From a virus (lineage: Duplodnaviria > Caudoviricetes), in the IMG/VR virus record IMGVR_UViG_3300014202_001552, positions 1 to 31,919 of that record: 31,919 nucleotides of DNA; one strand, given 5' to 3'. Made by a program: the position numbers and the translations under genes. This document shows, piece by piece, positions 1-8,673 of the stretch. Every line of letters starts with the position of its first letter. Position 1 is the first letter of the stretch. Under the pieces are notes generated by a model. It was not told the DNA's origin and searched no databases. It saw nothing but the letters and a program-made list of their open reading frames with translations.

Positions 1-231
1 TTACCTGGTCTCAGTTTCGTTGTTTTTTATAGCTTCGAGGTACTGGAGATATTCCAGTATCCCGATAATTTTAATGCGGTCAGTTTCTATTTTTTGAAGC
101 TGTTCTTCCAAAGCCTTACGGGTTTTCTGAATATCGATAACCACGGAATCAGAATCCAGATCCTGGCCATAAGCGGAAAATCCCAGCAGTGCGGGAATGG
201 TAAAAAATAGTAAAATAAATAGTTTTTTCAT
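1..231 (-). CDS. Small signal-peptide protein with coiled coil (possible fibre-associated chaperone)
   Basis: MKKLFILLFFTIPALLGFSAYG|Q signal-like N-terminus, then helical KALEEQLQKIETDRIKIIGILEYL; co-oriented in late operon. Confidence 0.7.
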   Translation of the reverse strand: MKKLFILLFFTIPALLGFSAYGQDLDSDSVVIDIQKTRKALEEQLQKIETDRIKIIGILEYLQYLEAIKNNETETR

Positions 232-243
232 GTTGCTGTTTAA

Positions 244-432
244 CTACCTCCTCTTGTTGTTATTTATATTTTTATAAAATTCAACAGCATCTTTATCGTA
301 AAAATCCATTTTTTGCTCAATCTTATCAAGCCTGTCGTTGGTTGATTTCCTCCACTGTAAATTGATGCCCCATTGGATACCGGCCTGAAAGATCAACCCT
401 GCAAATCCAATTATAATATATATAGTTTCCAA
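244..432 (-). CDS. Small membrane protein (N-terminal TM plus coiled coil; holin/XhlA-like topology)
   Basis: TTG start 3 nt after upstream stop; hydrophobic IYIIIGFAGLIFQAGIQWG then RLDKIEQKMD. Confidence 0.6.
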   Translation of the reverse strand: METIYIIIGFAGLIFQAGIQWGINLQWRKSTNDRLDKIEQKMDFYDKDAVEFYKNINNNKRR

Positions 433-435
433 AAC

Positions 436-1215
436 TTACGGTGTTTGAGTTACTAAAAAATTTCTTGTTACCCCATTTATTGTTAATGTTACAGTGCTTA
501 GTTGGCGGTCTACTGTCCCGCCTTCGCCTTCGGCTAGCCATAAACCACTTGCGGTTACAGAGCCAAGGGCACTTGCAAGAAAGCCCGGGGTTCCCTGTGT
601 TTTATACCCACCGGCATTTACTGTAAACCAGGTTGTTGCGTCAGTGTTGCCGAATATGATCTCACTTGATGCTAATGGATAAAAATTCCAGTTTTGGTCA
701 CTATCCTGACGGAATTTGAAAGAACTGGAATACTCTCCTTGTAAATTTATCTCATCCTTTACGAAAAGATCACCTGAGTATAAAGGGCGTGAGCCAACTG
801 AATCAACAGTCCCAATTGTTACAACGCCATACTGGTTTATGATTATCCTTTTAGCCCCTTGCGTCATAAGGTTGAACGGTATCCCCTGAAATAATCCAAA
901 ATTAAACTCTGTATCAAATAGAAAACCCTGACCCCGTGCGTAAACAGTACTTTTTAAATTACCCGAGGGCATTTCATGTAAACCTGTAAATGCAGTTCTA
1001 AATGAATCCAGCCCGATAGCCCTGTCTTTTATAGCTTGATCGATGTTAATCAAATTATCATTCACGCTATCCGCGCTGGGATAGTCACCCTCATTGTACA
1101 TCTTAAGGCCATAATAAACCGTGTAACCGGCGGGAGGATCAACCTGCGCTTGCAGATTTGTAATACAGATTACAAATAAACTTAAGATCAAAACTAATTT
1201 AACTTTATTCAACAT
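436..1215 (-). CDS. Tail-fibre-like protein with N-terminal signal peptide
   Basis: Directly after tape measure; AAGGAG RBS; MLNKVKLVLILSLFVICITNLQA|Q; TVYYGL...NDNLINIDQAIK resembles fibre N-terminal anchors; Gly-rich beta segments. Confidence 0.65.
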   Translation of the reverse strand: MLNKVKLVLILSLFVICITNLQAQVDPPAGYTVYYGLKMYNEGDYPSADSVNDNLINIDQAIKDRAIGLDSFRTAFTGLHEMPSGNLKSTVYARGQGFLFDTEFNFGLFQGIPFNLMTQGAKRIIINQYGVVTIGTVDSVGSRPLYSGDLFVKDEINLQGEYSSSFKFRQDSDQNWNFYPLASSEIIFGNTDATTWFTVNAGGYKTQGTPGFLASALGSVTASGLWLAEGEGGTVDRQLSTVTLTINGVTRNFLVTQTP

Positions 1216-1238
1216 TTTTTTTACTCCTTATTTTTGAA

Positions 1239-4200
1239 TTATCTTGGTTTGATTGTATCATCAACAACATTTTTACCAATTCTTTTTAAAGCTTGTGAAA
1301 TCTGCGGAAGAACATCCTTGTCGATCAGATTATTCCATTCCTGCTGTGAAAGTCCGCTGAGACTTTTATTATTAACGGTTGGGTTGACACCACCCAAATT
1401 AAAAATATTTGAAGAAACAGTACCCGCAAATCCAGCATCCGGAATATTGAGCTTTGGGATACTGATCGGTTTCATTTCCGTTTCAAGTCCTGCAATCCCA
1501 CCGCTAATTACATCCATAGCATCCTGGTTATTCAGGATGTATCCGTTAATATCGGGGATAAATGATTCCGGCCCTTCTTCACCAACGATATACGGCTGGC
1601 CCGCTTTAACCCTGCCGCCTTTAGCTTTGAAAATACCCCCCAAGAAACCAAGAACACCGCCCCCGCCTCCGCTTACAGCTTCGATAATGGTGGTGAATAG
1701 TTTACTTGCTGCAATTTCAAGAAGCTTACTTATTACGGTTTGAACAAACTGCTCAAACAGGCTGTTAGCCTGACCGAAAACACTTACCCATATTTGCTGA
1801 AAGCCTGCCTGGACTGCAGTCATAACAGTGCCCCATCCTGATTGAATCAGCCCAATCATTAAAGCCTGATTTTCAGCCTGTACTTTCTGGACTTCCTTAA
1901 CTCGCGCTATTTCAAGCTGTTTTAAAAGATCTTCTGTTACTTTTGTTTCGCCAAACTTCGCTTTAATATCATCTTTCTCTTTCTTGAATTTCTCGTTGAT
2001 ATTTTTTATTTTCAGGTTGTAGTCATTTTTCTCGTTATCCATACGAAGCTTTGCAAGATCCATTTCACCCTGGGTTGCAAACTTGGTGCTTAACGCTGCG
2101 AGATCTACCTGCTTTTGAGTATCCAGTAAAGCTTTTTGTTCCGATTGTTGGTCTGTTGTTAATTTAGACTTTGCAATTTTTTCATACATTGCAGTATAAG
2201 CTTTTTCAATATCAGCAGTTTCTTTATCGATGCCGGTTAATATTTTATTCTGTCTATCAGTAATAAATTTTGTAACATCGGAAATCATTTCATTGTTTTT
2301 TTCATTGGATTCCTTCTGTTTCTTAGAAGTCTCATCAGTTATTTTATTCATATCTGACTGTAGATCAACCAATTTATTATGAACTTTTTCCCTGTTTTCA
2401 TCGAACTGTAAAGCAGTAAGCAGGGTTGATAATTCAGTTTGATAGGATTGAATTATAGCAGCGCGCTTTTCAGCAACATCACCTGCAAGCTTAAGCTCAT
2501 TTTCCAGAGCGTCAAGCTTATCATCAAGCATTTCCTTTTCGATTTTTTCAGCTTCCTTATCCGCATCATCACCTTTGCCGGAGCCTTTATCTTTTCCAGT
2601 GGGGCTCTTTTTATTGTCTGATAATACCTGTTCTCTCAATCCAATCTCAGGCATACCAAGATCTTTTCTTGTAGGGGCTGTGACAAAACTATCTTTACTC
2701 TGGCTAAGTTCCCCTACAACATCTTGACTCTTGAACGCATCACCCACCATTGATAAAGCATTTTTAAAAGCATCAACCTTCGCCTCCCATGTTGAAGGGT
2801 TGAATACCAAATCTGCAAGATTAATTGTATTAAGAGACTTCATTACTTCCCATAAGCCGGTTAACGCTTTTATAACACGTGACACAACATTTATAATAGC
2901 ATCAAAAGCGGTTATCGTACCTTTTATATAGACTACTAACCCGGCAAAACCAACTTTGCCAACCCATTCCAAAGCGGCAACTAAATCTGAATTTTCTTTT
3001 TTGAAGTCCTGAAATGCCTTTATGATGAGTTTAGTAGATTCTGTTAAAGAATGAATATGCTCCCTTGCCAAAGTTATACCTTCTTTAACAAGAGTTTTAA
3101 AACTTTCCATAATTTGTAAAATATTTACTTTGATACCATCACCGCTTGAGACTAGATCCTTATATGCATTAACCAATTCAGCCTGGATAAAGCTTGCAAA
3201 GCTCTCAAGCATATTCCAAAGTTCATCTGCGGTTTCTTTTATCTTTTGAATATTTTGCTCACCACCAACAACCTCAACTATCCAAGCTTTTATGGAATCA
3301 ATGTTTGCAATAAATGCACCACCAAGACCGGCAAGTGCAGTTACAATTGCACCAACAAGAATAAGCGTACCGCCGGATGCAACACCCAGGGCCGCCAGGA
3401 TCGGGATGAGCGCAGCAAGCGCGCCACCAACACCAACAATGGCTACAATAGCAAGCTGCATTGTGGATGGGAGCTCCTTAAAAATATTCATAACGCCTTC
3501 GGCTGCGCCTTTAAAGAAATTAAATACCGGCACAAGCTGCGCGCCTATTTCTTCGCGGATGTTTTCCATTTGATTTTCAAACATCTGCATCTGGCCTAAA
3601 GTAGTGCCGGCCATTGATTGGCCGAGCCCTTTAAAATTATTATCCAGAATTTTTGAAAGAGCATTGATTTTTTCCATGCCGGTAGCCGTTTTCAAAAAAT
3701 CCTTTTCAGTTTCAGTCATTACAACACCCACACGGGTAAGCCCGGCAACCATCTCAGTGCCTGCGCCTTTACCGATCATTACAGCGATCTGCTGCAGTCC
3801 CATTCCACTTTGCCCTGCCTGTTGATAGGCAGCACTCAGATCAAGCATACGGGGAGTTAAAGCCTGTATTTGTTCGCCGGAAAGCTGAAAGGTGCCAAGC
3901 ATAGCCTGGGCGTTAATGATGTCGTCATCATCGAAGGGAGTTATTTTTGAAAGGTCTTCCGCCTGTTTAACCAGAGTGGAGAAGTAATCCTGCTGCCCTA
4001 AATTTTTCAAGTTGTTCTGGAGCTTCACCGAGGACTGTTCAGCCGCGCCGAAATCCTTTATAAAACCCATAACATAATCTTTTATCTGGGTAAAGGAATT
4101 CGTAACGCCATCAATGATCCCTTTTATAACGGTAAAATCAGCCATCTTATCAATGGCTGATTTAGATTCATTGCCCAGGTTCTTAACAGCTTCGCCACCC

Positions 4201-4376
4201 TCATTTGCAATGCCAGGAATTTCCTTTAAAGGGTTTGTATCAACATTGAACTGGAGGTTATTTACAAGGGCGTTTTTCCATTCATTAACAGCATCAAAGG
4301 CCTGGCCAAGCTCCGCACGGAACGATGGTATATCGACCGATAACTTTAACTGAGCTTCACCAAAATTTGCAGCCAT
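1239..4376 (-). CDS. Tail tape measure protein
   Basis: 1045 aa, helical, hydrophobic Ala/Gly/Leu middle, C-terminal AKGGRVKAGQPYIVGEEGPESFIP motif; follows chaperone genes. Confidence 0.93.
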   Translation of the reverse strand: MAANFGEAQLKLSVDIPSFRAELGQAFDAVNEWKNALVNNLQFNVDTNPLKEIPGIANEGGEAVKNLGNESKSAIDKMADFTVIKGIIDGVTNSFTQIKDYVMGFIKDFGAAEQSSVKLQNNLKNLGQQDYFSTLVKQAEDLSKITPFDDDDIINAQAMLGTFQLSGEQIQALTPRMLDLSAAYQQAGQSGMGLQQIAVMIGKGAGTEMVAGLTRVGVVMTETEKDFLKTATGMEKINALSKILDNNFKGLGQSMAGTTLGQMQMFENQMENIREEIGAQLVPVFNFFKGAAEGVMNIFKELPSTMQLAIVAIVGVGGALAALIPILAALGVASGGTLILVGAIVTALAGLGGAFIANIDSIKAWIVEVVGGEQNIQKIKETADELWNMLESFASFIQAELVNAYKDLVSSGDGIKVNILQIMESFKTLVKEGITLAREHIHSLTESTKLIIKAFQDFKKENSDLVAALEWVGKVGFAGLVVYIKGTITAFDAIINVVSRVIKALTGLWEVMKSLNTINLADLVFNPSTWEAKVDAFKNALSMVGDAFKSQDVVGELSQSKDSFVTAPTRKDLGMPEIGLREQVLSDNKKSPTGKDKGSGKGDDADKEAEKIEKEMLDDKLDALENELKLAGDVAEKRAAIIQSYQTELSTLLTALQFDENREKVHNKLVDLQSDMNKITDETSKKQKESNEKNNEMISDVTKFITDRQNKILTGIDKETADIEKAYTAMYEKIAKSKLTTDQQSEQKALLDTQKQVDLAALSTKFATQGEMDLAKLRMDNEKNDYNLKIKNINEKFKKEKDDIKAKFGETKVTEDLLKQLEIARVKEVQKVQAENQALMIGLIQSGWGTVMTAVQAGFQQIWVSVFGQANSLFEQFVQTVISKLLEIAASKLFTTIIEAVSGGGGGVLGFLGGIFKAKGGRVKAGQPYIVGEEGPESFIPDINGYILNNQDAMDVISGGIAGLETEMKPISIPKLNIPDAGFAGTVSSNIFNLGGVNPTVNNKSLSGLSQQEWNNLIDKDVLPQISQALKRIGKNVVDDTIKPR

Positions 4377-4382
4377 TAATTT

Positions 4383-4874
4383 TTATACCTCTTTAATTGG
4401 AATTCCTAAACCACTGAAAGCTTTTAACATCTTATCCTGCTTTTGTTTCTTCGCTTCAAGATCGGTACTTGGTTCTTTCTTCTTTGCCCCGGATCTCTTT
4501 TTTGTTTCCTGCCCGGCAGAGCCTTTAACCTTCTGGGCGCTTTCAAACTGCTCAAGGAGGCTGTGTTTGTATTCCTTACCAAACATCATTTGCCCGATCT
4601 TATCCAGGTGAAGCAATACCAGTTTTGTAGTGTGATTGATAAAAAAGGATCTTTCGTCACCTTCAAAACTTATTTTTTTTATATACAAAAGAGCGGTAAA
4701 GCTAAACGGTAATTCGGAATATGCGGATCTTAATTCTGTTGGATTACCGCCGGATACTTTAAGCGAGATCTCAAAGCCATTTAACGGCTTTACTTTGCTT
4801 TTGTTTTTGCGGGTTGGTTTGAGTTCACCTGGAATCTGCCCTTGGATTCGTTCATTCGCTGTTTGAAGAACCCG
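4383..4874 (-). CDS. Tail assembly chaperone C-terminal extension (gpT-like, reached by -1 frameshift)
   Basis: The -1 frame from the slippery site at 4874-4880 is open without stops into ORF 4383..4688; predicted fusion 258 aa. Confidence 0.8.
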   Translation of the reverse strand, partial: RVLQTANERIQGQIPGELKPTRKNKSKVKPLNGFEISLKVSGGNPTELRSAYSELPFSFTALLYIKKISFEGDERSFFINHTTKLVLLHLDKIGQMMFGKEYKHSLLEQFESAQKVKGSAGQETKKRSGAKKKEPSTDLEAKKQKQDKMLKAFSGLGIPIKEV

Positions 4875-5158
4875 AAAAAACTTAGGATCACCTCGGTAAA
4901 TAAAGAGAGTGTGCCATTTGAACGGAAGTAAGCGATCTTTTCCTCGTTTGTCATTGGCGCGTTATCAACCGGCTTTAACACATAAGCCATAAGCAGGCAA
5001 AGAGCGTTTGAATCATCCATAACTATTTGCTCCTGCTGCTGGGTATTACCTTTAAGCAGGTCAAGCCCTGTTTTTTCTTTGATGGTATCTATCTCATCAA
5101 AGGTAGGTTCTTTTGCTGTAAATTCTTTATCACCGATTTTAACTGTAAATTCATTCAT
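4790..5158 (-). CDS. Tail assembly chaperone (gpG-like)
   Basis: 122 aa upstream of tape measure, with in-frame T TTT TTC slippery heptamer. Confidence 0.82.
   Translation of the reverse strand: MNEFTVKIGDKEFTAKEPTFDEIDTIKEKTGLDLLKGNTQQQEQIVMDDSNALCLLMAYVLKPVDNAPMTNEEKIAYFRSNGTLSLFTEVILSFFGFFKQRMNESKGRFQVNSNQPAKTKAK
4874..4880 (-). other. Programmed -1 frameshift slippery site T TTT TTC
   Basis: Minus strand reads AGT TTT TTC GGG, X XXY YYZ pattern in correct phase. Confidence 0.8.
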
Positions 5159-5181
5159 GTTTTTGTTCTGTTTTATAATTT

Positions 5182-5210
5182 ATACAGGCCGGAAAAATTC
5201 CAGCCTGTAT
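5182..5210 (-). promoter_or_regulatory. RNA hairpin between lysis cassette and tail chaperone
   Basis: ATACAGGCTGGAA-TTT-TTCCGGCCTGTAT, 13-bp stem with one G-U pair; no strong U tract. Confidence 0.55.
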
Positions 5211-5300
5211 TTAAAAAAATTTTAGTAACAAATCAAGCATGCCCCAGGCAGCAAGCAGGAAAACTACAACATAGCCCGCTACGGCAAATAAATCTTTCAT
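5211..5300 (-). CDS. 29-aa hydrophobic micropeptide (not in ORF track)
   Basis: MKDLFAVAGYVVVFLLAAWGMLDLLLKFF; ATGA overlap with endolysin stop; fills the gap. Confidence 0.6.
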   Translation of the reverse strand: MKDLFAVAGYVVVFLLAAWGMLDLLLKFF

Positions 5301-5959
5301 GCTTCAAGCTGGTCTAATAATTCCTTTGATTTCTTAACCTGGAAACATGGGCAGGCTTTGCCAAGATTGTAATTATTGTGACCGCTAACGTCATGTTTTG
5401 TAAGATTCCTTCTTTTGATTATTTCCCTGGCTTTGGCGATCAAACCGGCCTTCTGTTTTTCGGTCATAAATTCACCAAAAGGTGCATTCGGTTTGTGGTC
5501 ATCACCCCGGGCAATATATGCAAGCGCGATAGTGCCAACATTATAACCGGCACAATGTGCGCCAATTACATCTTCGTCCCTGCCGGGATGGCAGTCACCT
5601 TCTCCATCGATCAGGTAATGGTAGCCAATATCGGAAAATCCGCGCGCGATGTGGCCTGCGCGAATATCCTCAACAGTGGCGTTATCATTTGATGCGGTGA
5701 TATGAATAATAAGTTCATTGACCTCACGGGTATATGACTGCTGCTTTTCAAAACCCTGCGTTTCGGCTTTTTGAACAGAAAGCTTTCCAACAATACCATC
5801 AGCAACAAGTCCACTTTCGCGCTGCCATTCAATAGTTTCAGCCTGCGTTCTGCCGCCAAATTTACCATCGATCTTACCGCAATCATGGTCGTTATCATTT
5901 AAAAACCGCTGCCATTTTTTTACCTCAGTGCCCTGGGAGCCGCGCTGGATTAATTTCAT
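5297..5959 (-). CDS. Endolysin: peptidoglycan-binding domain plus N-acetylmuramoyl-L-alanine amidase (Amidase_2, T7-lysozyme-like)
   Basis: RGSQGTEVKKWQ...DGKFG...ADGIVG PG-binding motifs; IIHITA, DIGYHYLI, GAHC, GHN...KACPCF Zn-amidase motifs. Confidence 0.93.
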   Translation of the reverse strand: MKLIQRGSQGTEVKKWQRFLNDNDHDCGKIDGKFGGRTQAETIEWQRESGLVADGIVGKLSVQKAETQGFEKQQSYTREVNELIIHITASNDNATVEDIRAGHIARGFSDIGYHYLIDGEGDCHPGRDEDVIGAHCAGYNVGTIALAYIARGDDHKPNAPFGEFMTEKQKAGLIAKAREIIKRRNLTKHDVSGHNNYNLGKACPCFQVKKSKELLDQLEA

Positions 5960-5962
5960 TGT

Positions 5963-6151
5963 TTAGTCTCCTTTGGGTTTTTCTGCATTGATCCCGGTGC
6001 CGGTTGTATCATAATCTTTTGTAAAGAGAGCAACGCCTGTGATAGCAAGCCCTGTTACTATCTCTTCGGGCAGGTCTAACCCTGAATATTTATTTACCAG
6101 GATTATCGCAAACCCGATAAATGCGGCGAGTGTAGTTTTGAAGTTTTTCAT
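5963..6151 (-). CDS. Putative holin (2 TM)
   Basis: 62 aa, two hydrophobic segments, charged C-tail, immediately upstream of endolysin. Confidence 0.7.
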   Translation of the reverse strand: MKNFKTTLAAFIGFAIILVNKYSGLDLPEEIVTGLAITGVALFTKDYDTTGTGINAEKPKGD

Positions 6152-6186
6152 ATAAAAAAGTTTCCTTTCGTGATTAATTTTTTTGG

Positions 6187-6663
6187 TTACTCGAAAAGGG
6201 TTACGAGATCTTCGGCATATTTTATAGCCTTATCCAGCCCGGCAAGTATCAGCTTTATTGCCGGAAGCTGCGTTCGTTCATACAGGAGAGTGAGTCCTTC
6301 TCTCGCTTTATAAGCCCATCCAAGGTATCTCTTGGCTGCCCAATATGACGAGGAATGAATTACATAACTCTGACCTATTCTTACCTGGTCAGCGGCTTCC
6401 GTAGTCCACTGCAATACCTGTTTGTTACACCTTGCGTCCATCTCAAGGCAGATCTGTTTTGTTTCGGGGGTGTTGTACACAAAGGAGTTTTCCTTTTCGG
6501 ATGTCCAGTAATCAACACCGTTTTCGGCGGCTTCGATGCCCTGAGTAATTACAGGTGAATCCACAGAGTTTTCCAGTCCAACATCCTGCCCCGCTACCAT
6601 TGAAGATGAGAATAAAAACACCAACATTAAAAGCATGTAAAGTTTGCTGCGTAAATTTGCCAT
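6187..6663 (-). CDS. Exported hypothetical protein in lysis cassette
   Basis: MANLRSKLYMLLMLVFLFSSSMVAG|Q; acidic N-half, amphipathic helical C-terminus. Confidence 0.6.
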   Translation of the reverse strand: MANLRSKLYMLLMLVFLFSSSMVAGQDVGLENSVDSPVITQGIEAAENGVDYWTSEKENSFVYNTPETKQICLEMDARCNKQVLQWTTEAADQVRIGQSYVIHSSSYWAAKRYLGWAYKAREGLTLLYERTQLPAIKLILAGLDKAIKYAEDLVTLFE

Positions 6664-6679
6664 ACAGATAGATCCTTTC

Positions 6680-6982
6680 TTATTTTATAAATGCTGAAAA
6701 ATCCAATTTCAATAGTAAAGCAAGCAAAGCAATAATCGTAAGAGATGCGATAACTATGTCCTTTATATCCCTTGCGGTATTCCCTAATTTTTGCAGTGGT
6801 GTTTTTGGCTGGTTACCGCTTAATAATATTCCATGCATGTCATCAACCTTATTTTTAAGTTCGATCTTATCGTTAAGGTGGCGGATGGAATCCTTAATTT
6901 CACTTACTTCTTTAGCAAGATTTTCAAAAATCGTTTCGATGATCGCCAGCCTTTCCGGTGTTGTCTTTCCAGTTGATTTCAT
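6680..6982 (-). CDS. Coiled-coil protein with C-terminal TM (XhlA/holin-like topology)
   Basis: ERLAIIET...LAKEVSEIKDSI coiled coil, IVIASLTIIALLALLL TM. Confidence 0.6.
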   Translation of the reverse strand: MKSTGKTTPERLAIIETIFENLAKEVSEIKDSIRHLNDKIELKNKVDDMHGILLSGNQPKTPLQKLGNTARDIKDIVIASLTIIALLALLLKLDFSAFIK

Positions 6983-7000
6983 GATGAATTAAAAATTAAT

Positions 7001-8035
7001 TTACGGCGCGCTTGTTATAACTTCCCATGCAGAGCCGTTATAAAAATTCAATTTGCTTGTGGTTGTGTTTGCGATGATCCAGCCAAACGCCGGAGTTAAT
7101 AGATCTCTTGCAGTCTCAGTCATTGGAGGCGGCCTCATCGGGAGATTAAAATCAAAACTCGTCGTTGAAACTGTAGCCCTTGCAACTCCGTTTGTAACAA
7201 GCTGCAAGCTATCCGCACCTGGCCGGTAGATTCCCGTATTTGGATCATTGGCAAAACTAAAATGCACTGTCGATAGCGTTGGAGTAGAATGTATATAAGG
7301 CTTTCCTGTAACTGAAATACCTCCAAATAATGTTCCTGTGGTTTGTATATACATCTGTTCAGTATTTTGAACTGCGAAAAAAATTGCGTTAGCTGAACTT
7401 GTTCCATACACGCTCATATAACTTGTTTGATCTAATCTGCCGATAACTGTATTTTCTGTTGAAGTATTTAAAATATTCATTGTTCCCGTAACTCTTGGCA
7501 ATATGGTATTTGTTCTTACGGTATCGGCAACCATCTCATCGGTAATGGAAACACTATCAAAAGTTTGCGGCTCGGTAAATGAATTCGCGCTATCTTTATG
7601 GGCATAACCATAAGCATTAAATGTCGCACCGGATGCTCTTTTCCCGCCGGGTCCAATATCAACATTATCGCCATACAGAACCTGGCTGAAAACGGAATCA
7701 CTGACCGCATTGCGAAAGATCCTCTTACCCTGGAACTCAAACCTTAGTTTGGAGCCCGGACCAACCCTGGCATAACTTGTGCTATCCAGCATCGTAGAAT
7801 CTTTTTTGGAGAGCCAAACTTCCAGGTATCCGGTTTCACTGTCATTGGTTATAATTCCCCGCATAATTGTACCCTGTATATACGGCGAGATCAAAGTATC
7901 CCTTGATGTCTGTATGTACTTTGCGGTTTCTTTCTTCTGGTAAAGCCTCAACTGCGAGAATGAGCCGGCACTTATAAAAAGCAATAAGACCGCAGCAACT
8001 AAATACTGCAGTCTTATATTTAAATTTTTATTCAT
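7001..8035 (-). CDS. Tail-fibre-like protein with N-terminal signal peptide
   Basis: RLQYLVAAVLLLFISAGSFS|Q; ANSFTEPQTF, FSFANDPNTGIYRPGADSLQLVTNGVAR and PPMTETARD...IIANTTTSKLNFYNGSAW fibre-type motifs. Confidence 0.7.
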   Translation of the reverse strand: MNKNLNIRLQYLVAAVLLLFISAGSFSQLRLYQKKETAKYIQTSRDTLISPYIQGTIMRGIITNDSETGYLEVWLSKKDSTMLDSTSYARVGPGSKLRFEFQGKRIFRNAVSDSVFSQVLYGDNVDIGPGGKRASGATFNAYGYAHKDSANSFTEPQTFDSVSITDEMVADTVRTNTILPRVTGTMNILNTSTENTVIGRLDQTSYMSVYGTSSANAIFFAVQNTEQMYIQTTGTLFGGISVTGKPYIHSTPTLSTVHFSFANDPNTGIYRPGADSLQLVTNGVARATVSTTSFDFNLPMRPPPMTETARDLLTPAFGWIIANTTTSKLNFYNGSAWEVITSAP

Positions 8036-8073
8036 ATAAATTTTTGAGTTTAAAAAATTAAAAAGATCTTTTG

Positions 8074-8610
8074 TTAAGCGAGTTTATCCATCTGGATTTC
8101 CATTGCCAAGCCTGCGGCATCGGGATCAGGAAGAGCCATACACTCAAGCTTGTAAACCCACTCCTTATCGTTCTGGAATGCAAGCTTGAAGTCTCCGGAA
8201 ATCTCAACCCTGGTAAAAATAAACCTGATCTTCTTCTCCTTGTTATACACATTAGGCACGGTGTATTTAAGCTTGAAGTTTGGAATATCTTCAATGACAT
8301 TACCAAAGATCTTGATAGTCTCTTTTTCAGCGTCATCGATTATATCTGCCGGATCTACGCCCAGGGCAATAGCAAGATTCCTTGCCTGAGTTTCCACAAG
8401 CAGAATATTAAACTTGAATTCTTTATCGATGGTAAAACTTTTGATAGGCATTAAATACCTGCCGTCTTTTACGAAAAGCTTTTTAAGCTTCGCGTCAAGC
8501 TCTGCATCACGGCAAGCTCCTACGTTCACATAATCATTATCATCCGGCCCCTGCAGTTCGCAATCGCCTTCGCCAATGTTTATGTTCTGTTCTGTGAATT
8601 CTCCGGCCAT
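8074..8610 (-). CDS. Major tail tube protein
   Basis: 178 aa, NINIGEG start, beta-rich; follows neck genes; GGAG RBS. Confidence 0.75.
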   Translation of the reverse strand: MAGEFTEQNINIGEGDCELQGPDDNDYVNVGACRDAELDAKLKKLFVKDGRYLMPIKSFTIDKEFKFNILLVETQARNLAIALGVDPADIIDDAEKETIKIFGNVIEDIPNFKLKYTVPNVYNKEKKIRFIFTRVEISGDFKLAFQNDKEWVYKLECMALPDPDAAGLAMEIQMDKLA

Positions 8611-8673
8611 ATTGGTTAATCTCCGTTTATTTTTCTAATAAAAATGTTTGGTGAAACAGGAATCAAGTGGATA

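Noticed and set aside
1234-4353. Plus-strand ORFs opposite the tape measure gene
   Set aside because: Antisense shadows with no motifs or expression signals
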